A stretch of DNA of 40,305 nt from Octopus bimaculoides (Eukaryota), in assembly GCF_001194135.2 (NCBI RefSeq), contig NC_068982.1, positions 167,865,809-167,906,113 on the forward strand, read 5' to 3'. The position numbers and the translations under genes were made by a program. Below the pieces are notes generated by a model. That model searched no databases and had not been told where the DNA came from. It worked only from the letters and a program-made list of their open reading frames with translations. Below, piece by piece: positions 1 through 11,450 of this stretch. Every line of letters begins with the position of its first letter. Position 1 is the first letter of the stretch.

Positions 1-36
<36 letters not shown>

Positions 37-38
37 AC
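1..38. repeat. (CA)n microsatellite
   Basis: Direct: near-pure AC dinucleotide run at the window start. Confidence 0.95.
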
Positions 39-1569
39 TAGCAGCATTGTTTTCTCTGTCTCTTCACTCACAGTGACAAAGCTTCACAAAGGCACCACGC
101 TTTCTGTCTGGCACAGCCCATCACTCACACACACACACACACATCAATTCCTCCGCTTCACGCCGACTTCAAAAGATAGTCCCCTCTTCTAATTTGACTG
201 AGAAACTGTAACTAAAGATTAAGACTATTAACCCCACAAAGAGAGACACAGCATAGCGACAATTTTGGCTGACTGTCATCCTGTACTCCCCTTGTTGCTA
301 ACGAAATGGTATATGCTGGCTGTGTGATCAACTGGTTGTTTTAATGGTGGAAGAAAGAAGGGAATTCCATTAGAAAAAGTTTTAATCGATTTTCTCGGTA
401 AGTATGGGGGCTAGGAAAAAATACAAACTGCATTCCAATCTATGCACCCGTCTCCACATGTGTGTCAATTTTCATGCGAATCCACCCAACCGTTTGGTTG
501 TGAACCTCAAGACAAGAAAGAATATAACGATCACCCATGTCCAATTTATATTATAGAAATAAATATTAATATTGTGCACACGCATACATGTGCACAAAGG
601 CTACCATACAAACATATCTTTTGAATTTGTGTCGTGAATTACGTATTAAAGTAAAACATTAAAGTACAAACAGAAAGACACATACATATGTACAGAGCAC
701 CCTTCGACGCAGATAATTATTTATACATACTGTATGTATCTTGTGATTTACGTACTTAAGCCTTTCATTGCTCAACTTATATCCAATCCCCTCATATCTA
801 CACATATACGCCACAAAATTATCTTTTTGTTTGTCCACATATGTATGTAATAATGTATATGTGAGCATATGTTGATGCGTTTGCCTGCCTGTTTACAAGT
901 AATTTTATGTGTATATTTGTTTGAAGTTATATTTTTATGCGTTCATGTTGAATTTGAATGTATTCGTGTATGTGTGTGTATGTATGTGTGTGTGTGTGTG
1001 TGTGTAAGGACCTACAACTATTGATAGATTTTATTTCGCTTCGTTTGTTGTTTCGATACACACATTTTGATGTCTCCGTTTGAATTTCCATAACGAAAGA
1101 AACATAAGACTTTTAAATGCATTAATGCTAAAATAATCCCCTAACAGAATTATATTTGGCGACGTCTAAAGCAAAAACCCTGAAAAATAAAAAGAAAACA
1201 GCTTCAAAAATCCCAACAAAACAACAATTTAAATAAATAAAGAATAGAAAGCAATTGAAGAACATACTGTAACAACATCTACGACAACAAAATTGATTCA
1301 CAAATATATAAAGATATAAATAAATAAATATAAAACCACATTAACAAAACCAAAACTACTACAACAGTTATAAACAAAATCGCCATCAGGACCAGCAACG
1401 GAAATATCGATACAGTAATCGAAATCGTGAAAAATCAATAGGAATGCAGCCAAAATATGTTTTCTAGTTTACAAAAATAAAATTCAATAAATACCTAAAA
1501 TCTGTTCTCATAAGAAAATCGCTGAGTTTACTGAGTATGTATAATAAAGAAGTCATATTTTGTTTACGA

Positions 1570-1842
1570 TTATAATGATAATGACAATGAAGGTGATGGT
1601 GATCGTTGGGCTTGTGATGACGGTGTAGGTGATGATGCTGAGGAGGTACAGGGGGGTGGCTGAACTGGATGATACTGAAGTTAATTATGCGATTATTGAT
1701 ACGCTAATGAAGATAATAATGATAATGCTAATGAGGATAGGGATGACGGAGATGATGATGACGATGATGAGGATGAAGGTCAGAAAATGATGCGGAAGAA
1801 GGAGAAGTTGAATGGTAATTGTGATTGTAATGATGATGACGG
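1570..1842. repeat. Degenerate (GAT)n low-complexity tract
   Basis: Direct: many gat/gac/gag triplets (gatgatgacgatgatgaggatgaag), interrupted by stops in the D/E frame. Confidence 0.8.
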
Positions 1843-1864
1843 TTATTCTCATGTCTCTTATTTT

Positions 1865-2025
1865 CCAGTTAGTTAAAACTACTAGGCTGAGGTCATGTTG
1901 GCGGCTACACCTTCCAGAATTTAGCCTGTCATCAATTCCAAAGCTTAAAGCAGTATGGTAAATTATTTATCAAATCTATTTGGCGAACCACTAGGTGAGA
2001 CAGATGTAAGCCGAATACAAGCACA
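1865..2025 (-). mobile_element. Decayed 3' half of SINE family BA
   Basis: Weak match to the reverse complement of the tail seen at 2701-2908 and 24990-25195 (catgttgg..caccttc; tttggcgaaccactagg). Confidence 0.5.
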
Positions 2026-2333
2026 CACATATATATATATGTGTATACCTATATGTATACTTATTTATACATACATATATATATATTTATATAAATAAGG
2101 ATAAGATCGGTATTTAAAATATTGATCTTATCAAGTGGTCAGCATGGGAATAAAAACCATCAAAGGTAATAATTATTTAAAATTATAATACAGGGTATCA
2201 AGAGATACCACCACGCTGAAAAAATAGCAGTCAAATCCTGACTCCAAAACCACAATAAATGTCCGCAAGGCACGATTAGCGAAGACGAAGACCAAATAAA
2301 CCAGTAAAAATAATAAGATAATTTCAAATCCTG

Positions 2334-2674
2334 NNNNNNNNNNNNNNNNNNNNNNNNNNNNNNNNNNNNNNNNNNNNNNNNNNNNNNNNNNNNNNNNNNN
2401 NNNNNNNNNNNNNNNNNNNNNNNNNNNNNNNNNNNNNNNNNNNNNNNNNNNNNNNNNNNNNNNNNNNNNNNNNNNNNNNNNNNNNNNNNNNNNNNNNNNN
2501 NNNNNNNNNNNNNNNNNNNNNNNNNNNNNNNNNNNNNNNNNNNNNNNNNNNNNNNNNNNNNNNNNNNNNNNNNNNNNNNNNNNNNNNNNNNNNNNNNNNN
2601 NNNNNNNNNNNNNNNNNNNNNNNNNNNNNNNNNNNNNNNNNNNNNNNNNNNNNNNNNNNNNNNNNNNNNNNNNN
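2334..2674. other. Assembly gap (N run)
   Basis: Direct. Confidence 1.
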
Positions 2675-2700
2675 ACACACACACACACACACACACATTT

Positions 2701-2908
2701 ATGTTTGTGTGTCTGTGTTTGTCCCCCAACATCGCTTGACAACCGGTTTTGGTGTGTTTACGTCTCTGTATCTAAGCGATTCGGCATAAGAGACCGATAG
2801 AATAAGCATGAGGTTTACAAAGAATAAGTCTTGGGGTCAATTTGTTCGTCTAAAGGCGGTGCTCCAGTATGGCTGCAGTCAAATGACTGAAACAAATAAA
2901 AAAAGAAT
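2701..2908 (+). mobile_element. SINE family BA, 3' half (post-microsatellite body and tail)
   Basis: gtttgtccccc..cgcttgacaacc..gatagaataag..ggggtc..aaggcggtgctccagtatggctgcagtcaaatgactgaaacaa, highly similar to 24990-25195, 20165-20385 and 37352-37432. Confidence 0.85.
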
Positions 2909-2989
2909 ATATATATACGCGTATAAATCTACACACACACACATACACACACATATATGCATACACCACACATTACCGGGGTCTTTACA

Positions 2990-3075
2990 GTCTCACTCTA
3001 TTACATTTTACTCACCAAACATTAATCTACCCCAGGTTATAGAAGACATTTGCCCAACGTATCACCCATTAAGAG
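2990..3075 (-). mobile_element. Decayed 5' half of SINE family BA
   Basis: The reverse complement contains ttgggcaaatgtcttctata, matching ttgggcaagtgtcttctactata of the intact copies. Confidence 0.5.
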
Positions 3076-3084
3076 TCGAGTGAT

Positions 3085-3290
3085 AATGTCAATTCTGTGC
3101 CCAACCACTTTGAGTGGGCTATAAACGCCCTAGCACCTCCAACACCACGGTTTCACGTGACGGTATTATCCATATCTTTGACTCCGCCATTACATATGAC
3201 AATGGCTTCCTCGTTTTCTTTAGAAGTGGGATAGATTGTTACATTGTAAGTAGGGATACCAGGCTTTGGGAGAGTAAAATGTGGGAACAT
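3085..3290 (-). pseudogene. Possible AP-endonuclease fragment of an RTE-type LINE
   Basis: The minus-strand translation EEAIVICNGG...NRGVGGARAFIAHSKW resembles the GVG(G/F)-hydrophobic motif of LINE AP endonucleases. Recognition only. Confidence 0.35.
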
Positions 3291-3304
3291 GATTAGCTTG
3301 TTAC

Positions 3305-4340
3305 CTGAACTTAGGAAATGTGATGAAGCATTCCAAATCTTAACAAAAATATGCAAAGGAACAAAGAGGTGTGATAAGAAATGAATAGAAGAAAATAGGA
3401 GAAAACTCGGAATGAAGGACTCCTACAAAGCATACAGAAATGTGTACATTCGTCTAACCTGTTTAAACTCTGCATCAATATCTTCAGAAAAGTTGTGTTA
3501 TGTCTCAACGCTACTACTATCTAGCACCTTCGGATGATCTCTACTCAACCGCTACACAACTGCTACTCGACTGCTACTCAACTGCTACTCAACACTCCTA
3601 CCAGGGACAAACTCCCTCTATTTATATGTCTTGGGAGATCCTACTTCTTCGCCTGGGGGCGTCGACACAAAAAGTTGCAAGCTTGTCAGTATTTTCAATA
3701 GGAATTATGAACATTTGAAATGCAGGCGATGCTACCTTATTAATTTTCAACGTAGATGACATACATAATCTTGTAACTTCAGTAAATGACAAAGGAATGT
3801 TATATACAATAGAAACAAATGCAAAGAAAACAAAATCAATGATAATCAACAAAAAAAAACAATAGTAACATAAAACGAATATAACAATTGAAGAAAAAAT
3901 CAATTGCATAGATGCCTAAGATAACATACCCGGGATATATGCAATTAGGATACGGGAAATATGAAGTAGAAATCAAAAGGATTGAGATAGCTAGAAAGTC
4001 ATTTGAAAAAAAATATTGTCAAACATACTAATATAAGGAAACATCAATACCCCAACTAGAAAAAGGATTAGTAGTATGTGTAGTTGAATCTACTATACTG
4101 AAACATGGACATCAACAACAGTATTATCAAATAGATTACTAGCCTTAGAGATATGCATTCCTGTGAATATCTATGATGGAACATATAACCAGTAGTAAAG
4201 AATTAAGAATGGCAAAAACAAAGAAAATATTGGATACTGTTACAGAGAAAGCTGAAATATTTTGGACAATTAGAATAAAAATGTTTTACATAGAATCACA
4301 ATAGAAGGGGAAATGAATGGAAAAGAAAAGAAGAAAAAAA
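3305..4340 (+). mobile_element. RTE-clade LINE reverse-transcriptase remnant (interrupted at 3496-3669)
   Basis: Decayed RT motifs in order: QKCVHSSNLFKLCINIFRKV (RQGCVLSPxLF), IMNI*NAGDATLL (INNLRYADD), TNAKKTKSM, EIKRIEIARKSF, YYTETWT and KLKYFG. Multiple stops and frameshifts. Confidence 0.8.
3496..3669. mobile_element. 174-bp insertion with TG..CA ends and an 8-bp TSD (solo-LTR-like or MITE-like)
   Basis: Direct: aaaagttg at 3488-3495 and 3670-3677. The insert starts tgt and ends aca, and contains about 5 copies of the 11-bp unit gctactcaact (3540-3593). Removing it rejoins the RTE frame. Confidence 0.7.
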
Positions 4341-4641
4341 CAAGAACTATAATACCAGGAAATAGACAGACATGAATTACAGTAAATATATTGTGAGAGA
4401 GAGAGAGAGAGAGTTGGTGATCGAGAGCATTCAACGATAAATGGACGAATGAATGTAAAGAAGTTATTTGCAATAAACTGTTTACTATCCCTTTTGATAA
4501 CGAAAGTTCTGATGGTGAAGTAAAACAAAAGGAAATGAAACAAGTGAGTCTTGGTTAATCGAGATATTATGCAAACATGCACAGACACACATACACGCAC
4601 TGACATTTCTTTTAATAATGTTTGTTCTGCAAGGTGACGTG

Positions 4642-4745
4642 CTGGCAGGATCGTAAAATCGTCGGACAAAATGCTTACAGGATCAACTTGTCTTTTACCC
4701 CTCCTGAGTTGGTAAAATAAAGTACCAGCCAAGTACTTGGAGGTA
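4642..4745 (+). mobile_element. Highly decayed SINE family C fragment
   Basis: tggcaggatcg..aaatgctta..gtaaaataaagtaccag is similar to 33749-33980. Confidence 0.45.
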
Positions 4746-5124
4746 ATGTTATTGGATTACAATATTCGAAATTGCTGGCCTAGTGTCTAAATAAGAAAAA
4801 ATTATTTTCGTTCGGTGCGTCATTACAATCAGTGTTTCCTTTGATGGGTTCAGAAGTAAATAAGTTTTCCTATAAGAACTATTCCCCATTTCTGGAGAAA
4901 ACGTTAGCAGCTCAGAGAGGGAGGGAGAGAGATGAGAGAGGGGGGAGAGAAGGGGAAAGGGAGAGACAAATAGACATCACTATTCAACCGATACTTTATT
5001 TATCGACTCGTAAAAAATGAAGGGTAAGGATAACATTGATCTCGGTTGGGATGGCAATTCAGAAGATCAGAATAGATTTCGCAAGACTGTCCAGCTTACG
5101 CTCTACCGACTTGCTTTATTCATG

Positions 5125-5139
5125 TGTATGTGTGTGTGT

Positions 5140-5197
<58 letters not shown>

Positions 5198-5198
5198 G
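5125..5198. repeat. (TG)n microsatellite
   Basis: Direct. Confidence 0.95.
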
Positions 5199-5611
5199 CG
5201 CGCTTGTGTTTATCTGTGTGTATGCGTGTATGCATTCATGTGAATTCAAGTTTTCGTTTTATCATCGTTATCATGATTTCTATATTCATCAATTTATATC
5301 AATACCCTGCTTGCATATATTCGTACAAATTGTTGCATTTTCTTTAAAACAGTAAAATCCAGCCATACATAAAAACATTAAATAATAAACAAAATATGTT
5401 GCTAGTCCAATATGGTTACATTTCAGAATAAATTCATTTTGGCATGTCTTGTAAATGCATAATAATTTGTAGAGCTATGTAACTCTCGTTGGTATTATCA
5501 CCAAAGTCAATAATGCATGTTATCTTTACGTCCATTATAGCATTATACTTTGCAATGATTATTACTTGCAATTGTAATCCACTATCTTTGTGGGGAACTT
5601 TGCACAAGATA

Positions 5612-5643
<32 letters not shown>

Positions 5644-5647
<4 letters not shown>

Positions 5648-5848
5648 TTTATAAACATAATTAAGGGATCAGCAAATATTTGCTTCACCATATACCGAAG
5701 TTCAGAAATAGCAGCTAAAAAAGCTGAGACTCCAACAGTACAAGTAATGCTATCTGTTGGAGTCTCAGCTTTTTTAGCTGCTATTTCTGAACTTCGGTAT
5801 GTGGTGAAGCAAATATTTGCTGATCCCTTAATTATGTTTATAAATGTA
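5644..5848. repeat. Near-perfect inverted repeat: 95-bp arms, 15-nt spacer
   Basis: Direct: 5644-5738 is the reverse complement of 5754-5848 with one mismatch (caccaTatacc vs caccaCatacc). It abuts a (TA)n tract. Confidence 0.95.
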
Positions 5849-6523
5849 TATGAACTTTTAAATAAGTTCTCCACCGATAATGGTGCTTACATACCGAAGG
5901 GCTTGGTAAAAATTATTAATTGTTGATTTATTAATAAATTAATAAATTGATAAACCTTTACCCTTTTAATTTGTATATATATATGTATGTATGTGTGTGT
6001 GTATGTGTTTGCGTGTGTGTGTGTGTGTGTGTGTGTGTTGTTGTTGCTTAACAATGTTTACTAATTTAGTTTTGTGTTGTGTGCTTAGTGCACTGTAAGT
6101 TATTCTTGGCACATTATAAACGACAGCACATGCTACCTTCATTTCATTTAGAAGTGGAGTCCGTCAAAATGTAGAAATTTTGATGATAAGTTTGAAAGCT
6201 TCGCTGTTTAAAAAAATTATTCAAGGAACTCATAAGAGAATATGAGAAAAAAGTTAATAGAAAATTGCTTTTTTCTTGTCAGCATCGCTTAAAAAGAAAA
6301 ACAAAACTGTTCTCATTATATACAAATATCCATACATATCTACATACATAAACAGACTCAACTACACGCACACGCATATACACATTAGCGATATAATTTA
6401 TACACCGAGTCAACACTGGACACCATAAAAAATAGGGAAGAAGAGCTATACATACATAGATGCATAAATACATACATACATACACAAACAAATATTTGTG
6501 TTTTACTGAATCTCGAATGTTAT

Positions 6524-6918
6524 TGTTGTTGTTGTTGTTGGCACTCCGTCGCTTACGACGTCGAGGGTTCCAGTTGATCCGATCAATGGAACAGCCTGCT
6601 CGTGAAATTAACGTGCAAGTGGCTGAGCACTCCACTGACACGTGTGCCCTTAACGTAGTTCTTGGGGATATTCAGCGTGACACAGTGTGACAAGGCTGGT
6701 CCTTTGAACTACAGGCACAACAGAAACAGAAAGTAAGAGTGAGAGAAAGTTGTGGTGAAAGAGTACAGCAGGGTTCGCCACCATCCCCTGCCGGTGCCTC
6801 GTGGAGCTTTTGATGTTTTCACTCAATAAACACTTACAACGCCCGGTCTGGGAATCGAAACCGCAATCCTATGACCGCGAGTCCGCTGCCTTAACCATTG
6901 GGCCCATTGCGCCTCCAC
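6524..6918 (-). mobile_element. Full-length tRNA-derived SINE (family D, tRNA-Arg-like head), (CAA)n tail, 13-bp TSD
   Basis: Minus-strand head tgggcccaatggttaagg (A box) ... ggtttcgattccc (B box). The tail ends in (caa)n. Exact TSD tctcgaatgttat at 6511-6523 and 6919-6931. Confidence 0.9.
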
Positions 6919-7689
6919 TCTCGAATGTTATATACAAACAAGAAATACATTTCTATATTACCTTTAAACCAGAACACAATATTACATTTCGATGTGTAGA
7001 GTTATATTCTAGCAAATCCGATGTGGTTTGGGATTTGGTCTTTCCTCCCCTTCTTTCTTATACATTAATCACTTATTTGCTTTCATGTATAACAATGTTC
7101 ACTTTTACGCAGATCATACTCGCCTTCATTTTTCCTAACCTTTCCCAACCAAGCATTATCCATCTGTAACCTTCATACCACAAGAAGAAAACTGCACTGA
7201 GCCCACGACTTCTCTTCCCAGCTATTCAATTTGTTGTTTCTCTTTTTGTTGTTGAATTCTTTCACTCGTTTTAGTGAACGTTTGGATATTACTGTTTGAA
7301 GATAATATTCTTTATTCACTACGCATAACATAGTTTTTCCAAACCAGTATTTTAGTATTGTCTTCTACATTTAGTAAAACAGTACCTTTCTTCTTTCTTG
7401 GTAAATAGAACCTGTCAATATTACGTTTAGTGTGGTGTACGTTATACATTGCGAGTAGTTTCTTCAACCTGATTCATGTAGCTGTCTGTTCCTTACAGAA
7501 ACGGAACAGAGTGTCACAAAGCTGGTAGAGCTCCAGTTTTGATTACCTTGATGATATTATCCCTATATAGTTTCAAGCAACTAACTAATTTTTCCCTTGT
7601 ACACTTTCGAGACTTTAAGGGACTTCGATATTGTAAACGCTGATACTTGACTGCCACTTTATGTTATCGACTCCGAAAGGGGATTGGAA

Positions 7690-7805
7690 CCTTTTACCGT
7701 TCTGAGTTCGAATCCTGCTGAGGTCAATTTTACTATTTATCTTTGTGTGGTCAAGAAAGTAAAGTATCAGTCTAGCATTGGGTCGATATAATCGACTAAT
7801 CCACG
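7690..7805 (+). mobile_element. Decayed SINE family C fragment
   Basis: gttctgagttcgaatcc..gaggtc..gcattgggtcgatataatcgactaatcc matches the family C body. Confidence 0.7.
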
Positions 7806-8134
7806 CTCTCAAAACATCTGTTATTATGACGATATATTTACTCTTATATTTAGACGTTACCTTCCAGCTGCATGAACTATAGCTATAAATAACGTGATAA
7901 TTATTTTAGGAAATCTATAGTATTTACTTCTTCTAAATTCAAGAAAAATTCTTTGTCCAATTAATGGCTTATTAATTAGATTAGAAAACGCCGGAAATTT
8001 GAAGTGATACAATCGAATGAATGAGTCATAGTATATAAACAAATAAGCATTTTGTACAAAGGCAATGCAGCGGATTGACAAACCCCGTCTAACGTCAGAT
8101 TTATAGCCTGATGTTTTTTAGGTATGACTTATTG

Positions 8135-8195
8135 AGTTCAACGTTTATATCTTGTCGAGGTCAGTTTTGCCTTTCACCTTTTCGAATCGTTAAAA
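8135..8195 (+). mobile_element. Short SINE family C fragment
   Basis: gagttcaa..cgaggtcagttttgcctttcacctttt matches gaggtcgactttgcctttcatcctttc. Confidence 0.5.
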
Positions 8196-8819
8196 ATGGA
8201 AAACCAGAATCGTTATAAGATTATATTTTTCTTCAAAGTGTGTGGTTTCTTTTTCCTTCTTTAAAATCAATATTTTGTCGTCAAAGATTTGATCTCAGAA
8301 CATAAAGCAACGAAAATAAAAACTATAATACATTTAGTCGAACACACCACCTACACCCTTGCTTTATTAGCAAAAATAATAAATATGAGTAATACCCGTG
8401 GAAATGCCAAAGTCACTTCCAAAACTATAAGATTGAAAGTATATAGAGCACCATGGAATACATAATTTGTTTTGACATTCTTTTAAGAGAGAATATCATA
8501 AAAACTGTATCATTTGTCATATGCTTGTCGCTTTTACTTTGTGAGTTGATATACATTATGTTTATTTTTACGTCAGGAAGTAAACTTTCTTAACTATGGA
8601 ACGAAACCAAACGCATAATTTATATCATTCTGCTATGGCACGACTACGCTGTAAAAGGTTAACAATTATTAATGTGCTATATTATGTTCATATTTGGATA
8701 TCATCAGAATAAAGTGCTTATCGATGGGTTTGAGACATTAGTCTAAGTGAACGATGTACAGTAGCTGCACCACTAAGCTGCTGTTCCTAATATATATGAT
8801 ATAAAAATACGCGCCCGCC

Positions 8820-8822
<3 letters not shown>

Positions 8823-8902
<80 letters not shown>
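8823..8902. repeat. (CA)n microsatellite
   Basis: Direct. Confidence 0.95.
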
Positions 8903-8907
<5 letters not shown>

Positions 8908-9504
8908 TGGGCAGGGAGAAGATTCTTTATTTAATATATGTGCTTATCTCTCTTACATGTAACGTAAATTATATAAATGTTGTATCAAAATATTGTATCT
9001 GAAGTTGTTTTCGATTTTCTTTCATAATTTGTCTTACAAAATAATGTAAATTTTGTGTGTATAATATATTATGTTTTCAATTTCGTTCCATAGATAACGC
9101 TTTAAATACGTAGACCGTGGAAAAATAATTTTATAGATATAATATAAAATTCACAATGACTCGGTGTTTGTATAATATATAACAAATTATATATAATACC
9201 GAAGTGAGAATTGTATATATTTGTACAAATAAAGGGATACACAGATTGGTTTATTTCAGTTATCTTTCGTTGACTGCTTCTGACAATATGACTGATATCC
9301 ATCGTTATACGTTTTCCGTCGACATCGACGATGATTTTCCGTCTCTCTCTATATAAAATTTTGAGTTATATGTATTCTGACCCGAACTGTCGTGGCCAAG
9401 TTGTGCGTAATCTTCATGTTGCTCTTACAACGTCCTTATATTTCAGTCAGGGTGTACTCTGACTTTTGTAGCCAGCTGTGAACAGAATCTCTGTTCTATA
9501 TTTT

Positions 9505-9625
9505 AGAGATGAGGAATTATGTACGTTATTTACCTTATTTACATTGGACGGATATCTGTCCTCATCTTGTTTGTTGTTACCGCAACGTTTCGGCTGACTT
9601 ACTCTCCAGCCTTCATAAGCAGACT
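9505..9625 (-). mobile_element. SINE family E tail (left arm of a head-to-head pair)
   Basis: The reverse complement gaggacagatatccgtccaatgtaaataa matches the plus-strand tail gaggacacatatccgtctaatgtaaataa at 9908-9936. Confidence 0.75.
9582..9620 (-). ncRNA. Decayed minimal type-I hammerhead ribozyme motif
   Basis: The minus strand reads CUUAUGA-A-GGCUG(gagaguaagu)CAGCC-GAAA-CGUU. Stem II, GAAA and the palindromic stem III (ACGU) are intact. The core differs from CUGAUGA at one base. Stem I is not supported in this copy. Confidence 0.6.
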
Positions 9626-9714
9626 TAGTGCAGACATGAGAAGAATATGGAAACCGGTATTAAGGAAGGATACAGAAATATTAGGTTTATAAGCCCTAAA
9701 ATTCACTCTATAAT

Positions 9715-9945
9715 TGCCCACGAGTATATAGCATAATAGTTAAGAGTACGGGTTTATAACTCCAAGATTCTGACTTCAATTCCAGGCAGTCCCTTGAATA
9801 AATGATAATAATAATAGTAACATCAGCCAAAAATACCTTAGGAATGAGAACTCAGTGTTGGGTCCAAAATTCCACCAGAACACCCGATGAAGAGTAAATC
9901 AGCCGAAGAGGACACATATCCGTCTAATGTAAATAATGAACAAAA
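9715..9945 (+). mobile_element. SINE family E (tRNA head, AAT-rich spacer, tail with deleted hammerhead remnant)
   Basis: Colinear with the reverse complement of 13522-13734 (ttaagag..ccaagattc..ttccaggcagt..aataataat..aaaaatacc/tcttaggaatgagaac). It contains acac-CCGAUGA..CAGCCGAA. Confidence 0.8.
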
Positions 9946-10029
9946 TCTCTATCTCGGTATAAGCATGTTTGTCCTTTTTTTCTTTTTGGACATGTGAATA
10001 TATCGTAGGTTTCAGTATATCAGTATCTC

Positions 10030-11450
10030 TTACATGCTAGATCATTTGATTTTCTTTAAGACATTGAATTCTTGTTTTGAAGTGATGTTCATGGACTGCC
10101 TCAGTGTACATTCCTAAAAATATCTGTTTGCAGTATAACGTTCATGGCTCGGTTCTATAGAATAGGTCGAAAATAATATTACTCTGTGTACTTCACTGAA
10201 CGTGTTTACTGTTCAACAATCGCATACACATTCAGTTCAATGTGTTATGGCTCCTTGAGTGTTACAAAGAGTACGAAGCTAGAGTTCAAATGCCTAAACT
10301 GAGTTCTTATGCCTGGGTGTAGGGACATTATTACACAAATGAACTTTTCCGGATCTTCTTGCTAAACATGCAAGCAGTTCGCTATATCAAATGTTTCCAA
10401 CGGAAAGTTCACAGAGTGCTTTCTGTTGCACATATTTTGCCTTGATATAACTGACGAAGAATATTATATCTAGGGGGCTTCATTCTCCTTCCGAACTCAT
10501 TAATTTTGAGGCAAATCTACTGTGTTTTTCCATTTAATCCTGAATTGATTTTTATCATGTTTATTGAGCGTGAGGCTGATGCTAGCATCCTTCCAGCCCA
10601 GTGTGACAGCAACTCTTCTGTAATACCAGGATAAGTGTATCCGATATGTTTACCTCCCTCATTTTCACAATCCGCTTGGAAACCATAGGCTCCTAGAGCA
10701 TTTCTATCAGTTATTGATCTGACTGTAACGAACGATTACTCAACACTTTGCGGATAATTTATTCGTTCTCCAGCTTTGTGATATATCATATTTCTAAGAA
10801 TTTGCGCTTGATGTCTTTCTGGTGCATTGAGCATTAAGTGAAAGTGCTCTACAAAACGATCAACTATTTGTTCTTTTATCCTAGCCTTAAATAAATAATA
10901 CTCTCTTTTAAGATCGACTTGCATCCATCAGTTTTACATGGAAACCAGACATGTCGATGAATTCATTGTAGCCTGACCATTTTGTTTTCCATCTCTCCAA
11001 CTTTCTCAAGTACGCTCATTGTCGTAGGCCCAACTTTGCTTCTCTGAATTTACCAGAAATTGGCCAAGTGTTAAGAAGAGGGAAACATTTCTGTCAACAC
11101 TGGTTGACTTCCTCTTACAATGAAGCAAGTGTTGTAACCCCACAGTCAAGCCTTACTTGATAGTTTCTTGTTTCTTAAGCACCTTTTTTCGTTATTATAT
11201 TTAGTGGTTTGGGGCACGATCTTGCATTCATACTTCCTAGTTTTTATTGTGCTTCTCATTATTCTAGTGTTTCGTCAAAATATTTTTCTAGAATCACCCT
11301 TATATCCTAATTCCCCAAATCCCCTTTTGGCGGATTATTGAGCTTCGAAATTCGGTCATATTTAGTTTAGGGGCTAATTTGATCGAAGCATTTGGTGGGC
11401 TGTGTTATACACAACACCGCATAATATACACATCATCTCTGCCCTATTAC
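10030..11450 (-). mobile_element. RTE (BovB-like) LINE RT remnant
   Basis: Minus-strand decayed motifs GWKDASISL (xDFKDASII), DIIFFV..(TxDMIF..RQLQEK) and DPEKFICVIMSLHPG (GCPEKF..I.SLHDG). Heavily frameshifted; boundaries approximate. Confidence 0.65.

Noticed and set aside
2160-2742. Long ORFs containing X runs (also 24405-25087, 25570-26739, 37000-37451)
   Set aside because: They are artifacts of N gaps and flanking microsatellites.
3540-3593. Short direct repeats as a CRISPR-like array
   Set aside because: They are contiguous 11-bp tandem units without spacers, in a eukaryotic context.
5017-5355. ORFs of [16 protein letters not shown] type (also 13395, 16956, 22689, 34042, 35937)
   Set aside because: They are translations of simple repeats.
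5434-5926. Two 145-aa antiparallel ORFs with near-identical peptides
   Set aside because: The shared peptide is a consequence of the DNA palindrome; there is no protein-family signal.
6840-6918. tRNA-like sequences (also 13660-13735 and the BA and C heads)
   Set aside because: They are SINE heads: no proper acceptor stem, and they continue into repeat bodies. They are not tRNA genes.
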